A program made the position numbers and the translations under genes. Below the pieces are notes generated by a model. That model did no database searches. It was not told the DNA's origin and saw only the letters and a list, made by a program, of their open reading frames with translations. DNA of 63,239 nucleotides, filler included, from Basidiobolus ranarum (Eukaryota), in assembly GCA_040143965.1 (NCBI GenBank). It is 37 parts of 37 records of this genome, joined end to end, with 100 filler letters (N's around TTAATTAATTAA, not from the genome) between each part and the next. Parts side by side here need not be neighbours in the genome. Positions count along the whole stretch, not along the records: positions 24,031 to 25,643 come from JASJQH010004711.1; positions 25,744 to 27,356 come from JASJQH010004712.1; positions 27,457 to 29,068 come from JASJQH010004713.1; positions 29,169 to 30,780 come from JASJQH010004714.1; positions 30,881 to 32,492 come from JASJQH010004715.1; positions 32,593 to 34,203 come from JASJQH010004716.1; positions 34,304 to 35,914 come from JASJQH010004717.1; positions 36,015 to 37,625 come from JASJQH010004718.1; 29 more parts are not named here. One strand, 5' to 3'. Of the stretch, positions 24,677 through 37,545 are shown one piece after another. Each line of letters opens with the position of its first letter. Within the stretch, counting starts at the first letter, position 1.

Positions 24677-27002
24677 CTTCCACAAGAAACGTGTACTAAG
24701 GGATGCCAACAAGCAGATCTCTGCATATCCAAGTACCAGTAATAGGTTTCAGGCTTATTAACACATTAACTACTATCTTTATCTAATGTTTGGGGGTATT
24801 GAAGTTTGGTAAACGTTCACTAATGGCCATATTCTCTTAGGGTTAACACTGTGCATGATGATGCCGAGTTTATTAGTAAACATGATTTGGATCTTTTTGT
24901 TTGATGTTGTGATACCTAATACGGACTAGTTCTAGCAATGGCCAATAGCTTGCTTAGTTAATTTAGAAACATCATCATCCAAATCTCGATATGTTCAAAT
25001 GTTAGTTCTTTGACAAAATCCTCTACCCTAATGCTAACATTTTCATCTCAGCATGTCCAACATAATGATGATGCCATGCCTAAGAATATGAGTTTATGAG
25101 TGATATGTACACTATATCTGTCTTTCAGTGGCGAAATTGAAATGTTACGTAATCTCTTTCATTAAAGTGTCGTATATATCTCCACAGATAACGATATGCT
25201 TTATATTGATTATGCTAAAAGGTACTATTTCCTGCGGCAACCTCCTATGTCAACCCTTTATAGACTCAGAAGAGTCATTTGTTCGGTGGTACTGGCTCAT
25301 ATCGATCTATACTGATCGCCGGTAACTATGAAATATAGTGTTTTGCATTGGTTGAAGTACATATTTTTTTAATGTGAATACAACATGGCGACCCTTCCAT
25401 GTCCTCGATGTTCTAAGACATCGTATTGCCAAAACAAAAGTAGTACTGTTTGGTAAAATTTCAATTTATTTGCTACTGTTCTCTAAGGGATAACTCTGGG
25501 TATAGCTAATGGTAAATTTAGTGTAAAAGAAGTTGGTACTTTAAAGTAAACCGATCACCAGTAACTATGAAACGTGGTGTTTTGCATTGATCGAAGTGTG
25601 TGTGTAACACTACTGGAAGTAATATAGCCCCTATGCACATGACNNNNNNNNNNNNNNNNNNNNNNNNNNNNNNNNNNNNNNNNNNNNTTAATTAATTAAN
25701 NNNNNNNNNNNNNNNNNNNNNNNNNNNNNNNNNNNNNNNNNNNCAAGAGATTAATGAACCTCAAGTAGGGAATATGGAGAGTGAGAATCGAATTTATGGC
25801 TTTATATAACTTCAAAGATAAGGTTATTACTATTTTGACTGATGTCTTTCGCTGACGATTAAAATAGCAATGCATTCAGCAAATACTTTCAAGCGGTAGC
25901 AGTCCACTGCAAAAGCATTCACCTGGAGAATAATCCTAAATATGTCAGTTAGACATCTCTATCTGCATACACATTATTGCTTGAACTGCTCATATTGTAC
26001 TGATAGGATTGTAAATTCGAATTGTGCAATATACTAACTCTGAGTGAGTGCTAACATAAAGGTTCTTTTAAAGCGGGCATATAGCACTATATCATGAATA
26101 TTGCTAGGAACCTGCTCTGTTACGAGCACTTCGAATTCACGATCCTATAAATACAATGTGAGTAAGCCAAGAAACAGAGAGCTTATCTAAGAAGTATACT
26201 GTCAAAATATTCACACTCAGTATATTAAAATCATATGTCTTATTCTACTCTGCCAGATTTCGAAGGCAGATGGGAGAACGCCATATTTTATTACAAGACC
26301 AAATCGCATCTAGGTCATTCTAGGAACAGTACAGCTTGTGAAATTGGAAATAGAATGCCTCCAAGTCTGCAATTAAGTAATCCCTAAGATACTGCTACGT
26401 ATATCACATTTAGTATTGGCCATAGTTCTAGAACAATTTGTCTAATGATACTTCCATAGCAATAATGCTGTATGTGGAATACTTTTGATGCTCAACCTTG
26501 GATTTTTCTTGCTGTTGATAGTTCAGCTACAACCTATGTTTTTGGAGCAAAGCATGCGTATTGGTTTTAAGAACTTGTAATTTTCAGTTACAAATAGCCC
26601 GTTAGGCACAGTATTACAAACCGTGTCAATCTCAGAATTGTTTGGTGCGTCATAGCTGTCATATAATATTCTTGTCCATATATGTTTCTCTATATATAAT
26701 ATAGGCAGTAACAAATAATGAAGGCATTGGCAAGCACTTCCAAATCGGAGTTCATGACTACAGTCCCGTGACTTCTTCGACTCAGAGATTTTTCATACCG
26801 ATTACTTTCAATCTTTCAAAACTCTAACTCAGATCCACTATTTTGTGAGGTTTTATGGAGCTATATTGATGCGCACAAGAAGCAAAGTAAAATCAGCCCG
26901 CAACCAATCCTGCACCCAAAAAAGTCAAGATCCAGGAATAGAAGCATCATGCGAGCATTCTAGTTTCAACCTATATGTATCGCTAGCCAGTATGGCTCTT
27001 AC

Positions 27003-27356
27003 TGTTAGAGTATTTTGGGAATTTGTTGGGAGTGGTTTGGAGAACTAAAAAATTGGTTGTCTTTACTTGTTGATTAATTGCATGGAAAGTTGACATTTAT
27101 AGTTTTGTCAAGATGTAAACAAACTAACGTGTAGAATGTGTTAAGGAATGTCCCAGGAACATGTGTGCAAAGTTTGGGGCTTCTAGCACAAGTTATCAAA
27201 ATCTATATATCTTCAAACTTCTAAGTAAATTCCTCATGAGAATAATGGATAATATCTTAGTTCAATATAAGATAACTAAGTACTGAGCTATATATGACTA
27301 TATAGGTGTTTAGGCAATGCTAATTTCAACACTCTCCCTCAAATAAATAGTCATAT
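27003..27356 (-). mobile_element. Copia family C 3' LTR (27003-27331) with PPT TTGAGGGAGAG
   Basis: Matches 17398-17755 and 56701-57047. Confidence 0.9.
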
Positions 27357-27456
27357 NNNNNNNNNNNNNNNNNNNNNNNNNNNNNNNNNNNNNNNNNNNN
27401 TTAATTAATTAANNNNNNNNNNNNNNNNNNNNNNNNNNNNNNNNNNNNNNNNNNNN

Positions 27457-28047
27457 TTTGAATGGCAAATTACTGGGTGTATTGCTGTACGTATTTGAAT
27501 TTATATGCATACCTTTAGTTAGATATTTAGGCTTTGTATTCCAGCCAAAATGAGAGTCAAAAAATACAAGAATCTTGATGTGTTTAGTCTCTACATATGC
27601 ACATATTTGACTGATTAGACATAACTTAGCAACATCAATATGCTTTACCAGCAAACTAAAGGTGGAAAAATTGCTAAACATCTGAAATTTTGAATAGCAC
27701 CAACACTTGGCAAATAGCTTACTCTTGTTACTGTTCACAATGAGAATAAGCTCTTGGATCTTGGCAAATTTTGGTAAAGAATTCAGCCAATATATCCCCA
27801 ACTTGCAGTCAACAAATGTCTTGTCACAAGTAGATGTGTCATTGCTGGAATAGATTACCCCATGTTTAAAACAATAATACTACATATCTCCATCTATCTC
27901 ACCAAGAAGTCTGTCTTGCAGCTTTCCTAAAAATGCCGTCAGATTATCACACATGCAAATTAGTCCAATTATATAGGTACTTACTCTGTGTGCATGGATT
28001 GGGCTTTGTTGCTGTGATTCTGCTCAAACAATGCAAAAACCCATTGT
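27457..28047 (-). pseudogene. CMC transposase C-terminal fragment
   Basis: Homologous to 10660-11250. Confidence 0.85.
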
Positions 28048-29168
28048 AGTGTTGGAAATATTCCAATCATATCTTGCATGTAATAAGCAAGAAGAATATT
28101 ATTGATTGCAATCTTATAATATTTTACCAATCAAGAAAAAGAATGAGAACATTTGATTGCTCATAGTCACATTAATACGTAGCTAATTACAGCAATTCAA
28201 GCTAGAATCAAAAACTCCCAAAACAGAGCTTTGCAACCATGCAAGAATCATAAGACTTGATCAAATATTGGTGGAGCTACAACCATTTCAAAATTGCCTA
28301 CACAAAAATCAACACCAGCATGTATTCGGAACACAGGAATTCAGGACCTCAAGATGATCACAAAATTATTGCTAACTTTTGAACCAGCCAATGGATTCTC
28401 CTCCATATTTGCACAGAGCTGCAACAGTACTGGATGCTGATGTGTTCCAAGTTTCAAAGCCGCGGCTGCCTTATTAGTGATCTTAGCGGCACTTTGATGC
28501 TAAGCCACCAACTTTTAGCATTTATTCTCAGCCACCAATTCATAGCATTTATTCTAAGCTGTTTCTTTATATCAGCAACCCTTCCCCCTATTGAAAAAGT
28601 TCAAGCCTTAGCACCATCCAAAACTGCACCATATTCTTCATCCTTTCCTTAACTAGATATTCTACCATGTATCATAGTAAGATAATAAAGATTCCTATTG
28701 CAACTCAACTAAGCTTGACTATTGAAGATTGCAGTACCAATTCTTTCATAGTTATCTTTACTTTTACAGCCATAGAATATATCCAACTCTTAATCAAAGT
28801 GTTTGCAATCTCAAAAAAGAATTTTATCTTTTTCTTCAGACTTCAAGTTAGAGAAACCACCTGAGTTTTACCTACCCTTGTAGTATTGAGGATTTTTGAT
28901 AGTTCTATTATCAGAAATGATCTTTTCTCATAAAGTCTTCAAGCTATTGACATACTAAAGTGTGTCTTTACCCTTTAAAGATAGAGTGAAGAATATATCT
29001 CCTATCAATATTTTTAAGCTTCCAGTATAAAAAATTCAGCTTTGCTGGAGATTTGTAGTGGGATTAAGNNNNNNNNNNNNNNNNNNNNNNNNNNNNNNNN
29101 NNNNNNNNNNNNTTAATTAATTAANNNNNNNNNNNNNNNNNNNNNNNNNNNNNNNNNNNNNNNNNNNN

Positions 29169-29654
29169 TTGCCAAGTGTCAGTGCTATTCAAAATTTCAG
29201 ATGTTTAGCAATTTTTCCACCGTTAGTTTGCTGGTAAAGCATATTGATGTTGTTGAGTTATGTCTAATCAGTCAAGTATATAGATATGTAGAGACTAAAC
29301 ACAACAAGATTCTTGTATTTTTTGATTTTCATTATGGCTGGAATACAAAGCCTAGAATATCTAAATAAAGGCAGGCATATTAATTTGAATTCCTATGGCA
29401 CTAAACCCAGTAGTTTGCCATTTGAAAATTATATTTTTTGCAAAAATTGCTGGAGACTGAATAACACCTGCCAAATTTGAGGATTTATGTTTAACATGTA
29501 TGAATACCACCAAGATACTATCAAGGAACCACCGTCACACCATCAAAATCCCTGGCAGAATGCAAGCCAACAATATTGTGACAGTTCTCTGACAGTTTTG
29601 CTATTTTGGAGGGTGGATCCTATCCGGATCAAATCAGTATTATTTTTGTTAGGG
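29169..29654 (+). mobile_element. CMC 3' region with terminus B, inserted into Copia protease
   Basis: Ends ATTTTTGTTAGGG at 29654, followed directly by Copia A sequence. Confidence 0.87.
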
Positions 29655-30780
29655 CTAGTGGCTGGTCATCTCCCATATAAACCTTCTTGTTTATGTCAGT
29701 TTTGAGTGGCTCAAACCAGTGTTTTTGATTAGAGAAATGTTGAGAGGCTCCAGAATTGATATACCACAACCTACAGTCTTGTTCAGAGGTCACTGATATG
29801 ACAGAAGTGGATAAAACTTCCTCTTTGGTTGAAACCTAATTTACTTGTTCTGACTTCTTATTTTTGATGTAATTTCTTGATTTGCAATCTTTTAACTGGT
29901 ATTGTGGTTTGTTACAACCGTAGCATAAACCTGGTTTCCTTCTTTTGTAACCTTTGTACTTGGCCAATCTATGTTTTCCAGCTCCAAAAAGAGCCACTTC
30001 CTCAGATTCTTTTTCCAAATTCTTATTTCTGAGGTGTTGATCCATTAGCCTTGCTATCACAGATTCCAAAGACACTTGTCAGCTCCTGCTTCCAAAGCTG
30101 TGACCAAGCTTGAGTACTGCCCTGGTAGACTACTCACAGGAGTCAAAATGACATCTTCTTCCTGTAAAGTTACACCAATATTTTCCAGTTATTTTGCAAA
30201 AGATCTCATATTTGCAATATATGTAACCATGCTTTCAGACTTTGCCATCTTTATATTGAAGAGTTTTTGTCTGAGAAAGAGTCTATTAGCAAGACTCTTT
30301 GCTTCAAAGCACTCTTCCAATATAGTCCAAGCTTGATGGGAGGTCTTTGCATATTGAATTTTCACAAGTTGTGAATCCTTCAAACTTTGATAAATGACAT
30401 TAAAGGCCTTCTTGTCTCTGTTTGTGTAAGCTTACAATAAAGAAGGGTTGAAGGTTTCTTTTCATCTCCAGAGACTACGTTACAAAGCTCCTTGTCTTCC
30501 AGCATGATTTGTATCTTGAACTTCCAGAAATTGTAATCTTTGCCATCAAGCTGTTCTACACTTGAGTTAATAACAGTGGTAGTAGTGGTTTTTGTCATGC
30601 TGTAAAGGTTAGAACATGGGGCTCATAACCTCTTGGGAAAGTATGGGCTGTTTGGAGGAACTTTAGAAAAATGGAGTTGTGAATGCTTTGTGAGATAATC
30701 TTTTGTTATCCAGAAATAAAGCATTTATGCATTTTGGTGGAAATACAGAACACTAACACTGGTTTTGTGTTCAGAACATC
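29655..30780 (-). mobile_element. Copia family A 5' end: LTR 30631-30780, PBS 30619-30630, frameshifted gag-protease from ATG 30598
   Basis: Colinear with 390-1520. Confidence 0.93.
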
Positions 30781-30880
30781 NNNNNNNNNNNNNNNNNNNN
30801 NNNNNNNNNNNNNNNNNNNNNNNNTTAATTAATTAANNNNNNNNNNNNNNNNNNNNNNNNNNNNNNNNNNNNNNNNNNNN

Positions 30881-31436
30881 AAGGGGATACTGTCATGATT
30901 CTGATCTTGGCATACTGATCCACTACAAATAGAACTTCTCTATTATTAGATTATGACATCATATCGGCGGTGCCATCCCTTCTTGGCAAGCTGTTGTCAG
31001 TTCCTCCAGATTACCTTATATGGAAATCATGTTCTTGGGAACATTCCATGAAACTTAACCAAACATGTCATCCCACACTTAGTGTATTTCCACCAAGACC
31101 TTCCATGGAAGGTCACCTGATCATCCTTACATCTTCCTTACATCATCCCTCTTGGTATTGGTCCTTATAGCCTCTAACACCCTGACTCTCAAACTTGCCA
31201 CAGTATATTCCCTATTAAGTATATTATGTTTCACCTTGCATTATCTATATAAGCCCCATGTATTCCTTGATCAGACCTCAATCTAATCAATGCCAGTTAT
31301 CAATAAAGATTCTTGCCAAAGTATCTTCCTTGTCCAGTCTTGTCTTATCTTGTCTTGTGGTCAACACCAAAGTAGTCTCCTGCCTTCTAGTCTCTTGTCA
31401 TTATTCTCAGTCCTTGTCCAGTTCCTTATTGTGACA
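30881..31436 (+). mobile_element. Gypsy 3' LTR (30891-31436, TGTCA...TGACA) with PPT AAGGGGATAC
   Basis: Matches 62419-62953 in reverse. Confidence 0.93.
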
Positions 31437-31621
31437 GGGTCCTATAACACTCAATTGTACACTATAAGGAACATAATGGCACTATACCACTACAATTGGA
31501 CACAATGATTTTTTTTGAGATATTGTGCCAGCCTGTACAAAGTTACCCAATTTTGTATTGCCAAATTTAGATTTTGGGTAACTGACAGAGCAAGTTCATC
31601 CCCTAGTTTGTAACTTACCAA

Positions 31622-32492
31622 TTATTGAATGTGTAACAATAAACAGTTTATACTGTAACTTACCCAATCAAGTGTATAACCAAGACATTCACATATTTTT
31701 TGGCCATTTATTTGTCCCTCACTAACACAGTATCCTGATTTACAATTGGGCCCCATGGCTCCTGCATTACAAAATACCAGTAGGTTTGGCACACCAGTGA
31801 CAAATCTCAGCACACAATGATGGATTGATCTGCAATATGATAGTAGTGATCAGGATTGGTTGATTCATCATTTTTAGATCAGTAAACTATTGATTCAATC
31901 ATGTAAGCTTCTAATTGGGTGAGAATGTGAATGGATTGAGCCATATCAGGCCAATATGGCTGCGCAAGCTTTTTATTGGCAGACATTTTCATTTAATTAT
32001 AGTGGAATTGCTTGTATTAATAGGCTATCATTGATTTTTTTGATATATGACAATTTCATGATGTCAGTGTTTCATAAAGACATAGGCAATTGTGATCCAA
32101 CTAAAGTGATTGATGCTATATTTAACTGCAATCCATATAGATTTCACATGATGCGCCAAACAGTAAAGAGAGGATAATGTAAATATTAACATGAGTATTC
32201 AGCAGTTGCCTAGGTTTGAAGCAGTACATGCTGATTTGCTTCTGTTACATTTGTTGTCTCCTTGATATTTCCACAGAAGGAACTTTGCTTGAACCTCTGC
32301 ACTGAGTTGGTCGGTTCAATCCTGCTGAAGTTCCTCTACCTTGGCCAGCATGAGTTGTGGCTTGAGGTTGATGTGCTGTGGTATGTGTTGGCTTGTCCGG
32401 TCTAGTTTGTGGTTTGTTTGTATCTACAGTCTCTTCTTTAGATGTGGAGCCTTCACTTAATGCATCAACCAGCCTTTGCTGCTGGCACACAG
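31622..32492 (-). repeat. Second copy of the unidentified repeat family of 4196-5057
   Basis: Colinear high-identity reverse complement of 4196-5057. Confidence 0.9.
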
Positions 32493-32709
32493 NNNNNNNN
32501 NNNNNNNNNNNNNNNNNNNNNNNNNNNNNNNNNNNNTTAATTAATTAANNNNNNNNNNNNNNNNNNNNNNNNNNNNNNNNNNNNNNNNNNNNTTTTCCAT
32601 AGACTGCTTTTAAACAAGCAACTTGGTGCTCCAATATATATCGTTTGGAGCACATTACTAGATCATTAAACAATGAGCGTGGTATCTTATAGAAAGAAAC
32701 ATCAAAAAC

Positions 32710-32782
32710 CAACCCAACCGGGGGTCGAACCCGGGGCCTTCCGCTTAGGAGGCGGACGCTCTATCCACTGAGCTACAGGGCC
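32710..32782 (-). tRNA. tRNA-Arg(CCT)
   Basis: GGCCCTGTAGCTCAGTGGATAGAGCGTCCGC-CTCCTAA-GCGGAAGGCCCCGGGTTCGACCCCCGGTTGGGTTG; perfect D, anticodon and T arms, downstream T5 terminator; weak acceptor stem. Confidence 0.88.
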
Positions 32783-34103
32783 TTACGTATTTATGGATTA
32801 GAATCATAAAACAAGATGTAAAATACAATAAATTAGTCCATCGCTTGGATTGTTTAAGATACAGAAAAGTGGTTCTTGTTTCACAGAGGTATAATTTCGA
32901 AAAATAATTGCTATTCACATTTGTGCTTTCCTTGGGATGCTCGCCTTTTTAATTAGAGGATGAATGGAGAAACTTTATCGTCCATTGCAGTAGGAGTTCT
33001 CTTTACTTAATAGTAATCGATTAATTGTATTACAATGATCCGCTCTTATTCGGCATGCAAGCAAGGACATAGTGAGAAAGAACAAGAATAATATTTCAAG
33101 CGTGATGCCCAAAAGATCGGTAGTTTAACCTTCAACGGTTATGATATCATAGTATGTTTGAACTTAGAATTCATGTTGGCTACTGTTAACCTCTTCGGTT
33201 AAATTGTTCAAAATTTTCCAGCTTCAATGAAATCTAGGGTCTCTCAACCATTCAACTATATTGAATTGGCTGATCTACAGAGAGAAGAACTGTGGACTTT
33301 TTTGATGACCCTTCAACACAGACATCAAGATATGGCTTTATTGTATTAAAAGTTACTTATCTCAACCTACCAAATATTCTTTTACTAGCACACCCAAGTC
33401 TTGAGCTGCTAACATAGTTAGAGCATATATACCTGAGTCGATCCTTGCATTTTACGATGATATCATATAGACCAGCCCATAGTAATATGACAATAATATC
33501 GCTAAACCCATATATACGAGTAATAACTGCAAGATACCAATGTAGACATTTGTCGAGTGTATGGGCAATTCATAAGACATGTAGAAAGAAGTAACAATTA
33601 CCCTATTGAAAAAAATCCTTATAAAAATCCTGTCCGTGATAATACCAAAACGTTTGTCATTTATAACTACTATCGGTTGCTTCTCTAATCCAGAGAATAT
33701 TTCATTAGACCATATTCTGGTATACAAACATAGAGAAGGCCAAGCTCATTGGTGTAAAGGCACCCAGTGGAAGTGGTAGTGGCACTACCTCTATACATTG
33801 AGCTGAAAATGAAGGAAATAGTAGATGTTGAAAATGGGTAATCGGTATGGGACGAATATACTGTTCTATTAACTATGTAAAGTAATCAATAACAGTAGTT
33901 TTAAGATAAGCTATAGACGACGTGAGATCGCACACAGCGGAATAATGTGGCTCCAGTCACTGGTACATACACTACTACCACTGTTGATAATCTTCACAGC
34001 GGCAATCTATTCATAAGAATCACAGCCTTGAGAGTCAGGTTGGGTGACCACGATGGATGGAACACATGATTCACTTGTGTTCATAGTGCTCTCAGGCCAA
34101 GCC

Positions 34104-34202
34104 TTAGAATTCGCTTATCATTGGGTGTGGTGGCAAGTTGTTAATGGCGAGCGTCAGCTCATTCAGTACATTGGCCATGGTCGAAGAGAAACTGGAGAGG
34201 AC
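34104..34202 (-). CDS. Possible 3' end of an unidentified host gene
   Basis: Open from contig edge, VLSSFSSTMANVLNELTLAINNLPPHPMISEF*, CpG-retaining; no motif recognised. Confidence 0.3.
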   Translation of the reverse strand, partial: VLSSFSSTMANVLNELTLAINNLPPHPMISEF

Positions 34203-34303
34203 ANNNNNNNNNNNNNNNNNNNNNNNNNNNNNNNNNNNNNNNNNNNNTTAATTAATTAANNNNNNNNNNNNNNNNNNNNNNNNNNNNNNNNNNNNNNNNN
34301 NNN

Positions 34304-34883
34304 TGCAACTTGGGGATATATTGGCTGAATTCTTTACAGAAATTTGCCAAAATCCAAGAGCTTATTCTCATTGTGAATGGTAACAAGAGTGATCTATTTG
34401 CCAAGTGTCAGTGCTATTCAAAAATTTCAGATGTTTAGCAATTTTTCACTGTTAGTTTGCTGGTAAAGCATATTGATGTTGTTGAGTTATGTCTAATCAG
34501 TCAAATATGTACATATGTAGATACTAAACACATCAAGATTCTTGAATTTTTTGATTCTCATTATGGCTGGAATACAAAGCCTAAAATATCTAAATAAAGG
34601 CATGCATATTAATACAAATTCCTACAGCAGTAAACCCAGTAAGTTGCCATTCATATATTATATTTTTGCAAAAATTGCCGGTTATTGAATAACACATGCC
34701 AAATTTGAGGATCAACATTTTAACATATATGAATACCATTAAGATATTGTCAAGAAATCATCATCACACCATCAAAATCCCTGGCAGAATGCAAGCTAGC
34801 AATATTGTGATGGTTCTCTGACGGTTTTGCTATTTTGAAGGGTGGATCCGATCCGGATCAAATCAATTTTACTTTTGTTAGGG
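34304..34883 (+). mobile_element. CMC 3' region with terminus B (34871-34883)
   Basis: Same family as 10895-11474. Confidence 0.87.
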
Positions 34884-35170
34884 TATAAAGCTTTTGCCTC
34901 TCTGTGAGTATCCCTCCTCTGGGCCTCTTGTTAGCAGTGACACATCCTAGCCTTCTGCATTCTTCCCCAACATATGCCAAATCAGCCATAGTCTTCTCAT
35001 ATCTTACAAATGGTGCATGCCTCTCAACCCAAAGCATTTTGTCATGGTGTCTTCCTGGATGTGCCCCACTGAACCAAATGATGTTTCCTTCTAAATCTGT
35101 CAAAGCCTGGAACTTTACACAGTGGGCTTTGTACTTGCCAGAATAGAATAGCTTTTGGTTGCTTTTGTGC
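34884..35170 (-). pseudogene. PIF/Harbinger-ISL2EU (IS5-like DDE) transposase core fragment
   Basis: FYSGKYKAHCVKFQ...SGAHPGRHHD...MADLAY...KRPRGGILTERQK. Confidence 0.88.
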
Positions 35171-35180
35171 ATGTTAATTC

Positions 35181-35914
35181 TGTTGAAGTTTATTGTCTTT
35201 ATCATATTTGTTTTCTCTATCTTTATACACCTAACTATTTCATATATCATATATAAGTTAGTTAACATTACTTAGTCAAATATCACTTAGCTGAAAATCA
35301 GAACATATATTATATACATATGTGAATAATGTGAGAATTAGCAATTCCATATTTGAAATTTCAAACTCGTCCAAATTGCCCCAAAGATAGTTCATTTTAC
35401 TCCCACAGATGTTCTGAACACAACCCCAGTGTTAGTTTTCTGTATTTCCACCTAAAATTATAAATGCTTTATTTCTGGACAATAAACAATTATCTCACAA
35501 AGCTATTCACAACTCCACTTTCCTAAAGTTCCTCCAAACAGCCCATAATTTCCCAATAGGTTATGAGCCCCATGTTCTAACCTTTACAGCATGCTAGAAA
35601 CCACTACTACCACTTTTATTAAATCAAGTGTTGAAAAGCTTGATGGAGAAAATTACAATTTCTGGAAGTTCAAGATGAAAATCATGCTGGAAGACAGGGA
35701 GCTTTGGGATATAGTTTCTGGAGATGAAAAGGAACCTTCTGACCCTTCCTTATTGGAAGCTTACAAGAAAAGAGACAAGAAGGCCTTTAATGTCATTTGT
35801 CAAAGTTTGAAGGATTCACAACTTGTGAATATTCAATATGCAAAGACTTCCCATCAAGCTTGGACTATATTGGAAGAATGTTATGAAGCAAAGAGTCTTG
35901 CTAATAGACTCTTT
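35181..35914 (+). mobile_element. Copia family A 5' end: full LTR 35181-35558, PBS 35559-35570, open gag from 35591
   Basis: TGTTGAAG...CCCAATA-GGTTATGAGCCC; gag near-identical to 1337-1015. Confidence 0.95.
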
Positions 35915-36014
35915 NNNNNNNNNNNNNNNNNNNNNNNNNNNNNNNNNNNNNNNNNNNNTTAATTAATTAANNNNNNNNNNNNNNNNNNNNNNNNNNNNNN
36001 NNNNNNNNNNNNNN

Positions 36015-36211
36015 CCATAGTTCTCTGAGATTTTAGCCAATCATTTGCAACTATTTTGCGAGATCTTGAAATTTCACTCCTGAAACTGAAAAAATTGATT
36101 AAAATCAAATCTATCTTGACGTTTTTATGATGGTAAGTAAACGGTCAACCCCAAATGGATTAAAATTGTGACAGTTTTCCTACAATAACAATCCTCAAAT
36201 TTCTGTTAGGG
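36015..36211 (+). mobile_element. CMC terminus A (TIR ATTTCTGTTAGGG 36199-36211)
   Basis: Near-identical to 59987-60184 and the reverse of 52814-53005; similarity stops sharply at GGG. Confidence 0.85.
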
Positions 36212-36586
36212 ACCATCAGTACTGGAATAGCTAAGGTCAACTTATAGCAGCATGTCATCAAAGTTGTCTGGACTAACTGGTTCAATCAAAGTTGTATTTC
36301 TGTTGACATCATTTGTGTCATATTACTGTGGTAACTCCACAGCATCTTGACTTTTGGCAGTATTACCAAAACTTTGAGGTAAAGTACAGTTGGTGGACTT
36401 GATGGGCAAAACTAAAGTCGATTTTGGTTGCTTGTTAATGTTGATATTCACCAGCCTTTGTGCTGCTGGTGGCTTTGTATACTGACCATCCTTGTGATTA
36501 TTTTTTCTATGAAGCCTCTGGCTTTCATAGCTCAAGAATTTGTGGCAATCATAGCAGGGCTTCTTTAAATGTTTGTGTTGCAGCAT
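36212..36586 (-). pseudogene. CMC transposase N-terminus
   Basis: KKPCYDCHKFLSYESQRLH; tiles through 51002-51298 and 44566-44740 into 55412-55750. Confidence 0.65.
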
Positions 36587-36799
36587 GAGAAGGATGTTGT
36601 GGAAAAAAGAACACCTCCTAGGTAATGGTAGTATTTTAGGTATAGCCCATCAATATCATCAGCTGATTCTGAGGCAGTATCATAGATGAGTAATGAGGGG
36701 GTTTACAAGTTATTTCCAGTGATGGATGGCAATTTTGGCTTGATACAAGCTGTTTCTAAGCAATTTCATTACACCAAGTTTACTATAATGAAAATTTTA

Positions 36800-37545
36800 A
36801 TGCCATTGAAAAAGTATTCAAAATCTAAATCAAAATTTGCTTTCAAGTCAAAGCCTGCTAGCACAATAGGAGAAAAACCAGCAAGAACAGAGGACTGGAT
36901 TGCTGAGCAGTCTAGCAATCCACTATCAACTTTGGAAGGCATTAACATGCTAGTAACTAACTAAAATAATGATGAAGCATTAATCTTTTTATCACATGTG
37001 TTCCATTACAGAAAAAGTGCAAGTGAAGAGATTGTAATCCCCCGATTATGTAGTAAATCAATAGTTGAGCAAATTCAACCTAAACACCATCAAGACCATC
37101 AACTTCCAAAATGGCTACTTTGCCCACCATTGAACAACCCTCCATAGAGAATTTGTATAGAATTATTAGAATTAGGGAATTGCAGGCAGAACACCATAAT
37201 GATTTGTATGCAATCATCAGTAAAAACTGTGAAGTTGCTATACAGGCCATGACAAGCAATAACACCTCAATATCACAATTAATGCAGTGTTTGGAAGCAA
37301 CTAGTCAACAGTTAGAGAGTCACTTTACAATGATAGAAGATCTTCAAAATGCTGTACTTGAGCTACAGCAACATACTGCTCCCTATGTCCATTCTCATAT
37401 GGGATTTCAGTCAATCCCACACCATACATATGAACATCACCATGACAATCTAGCAGAGCAGAATATGTGTTGGACCATAAAGCCTAAACAATGACCCAAA
37501 ATTATTTGGGTACACAAAAGTAGAAATCTCATAGGAAAACTGGTG
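36800..37545 (+). pseudogene. CMC accessory ORF2 N-terminal part, divergent from the transposase
   Basis: Homologous to 49990-50740; coiled-coil-like segment; same divergent layout in two contigs. Confidence 0.6.

Noticed and set aside
28048-29068. Possible gene or element with a short ~27-bp tandem near 28500-28560
   Set aside because: No recognisable motif or second copy in the window; cannot be supported
34858-35268. 136-aa ORF as an intact novel protein (likewise 61988..62458, 7151..7450, 20366..20554)
   Set aside because: Chimeric frames crossing TE insertion junctions
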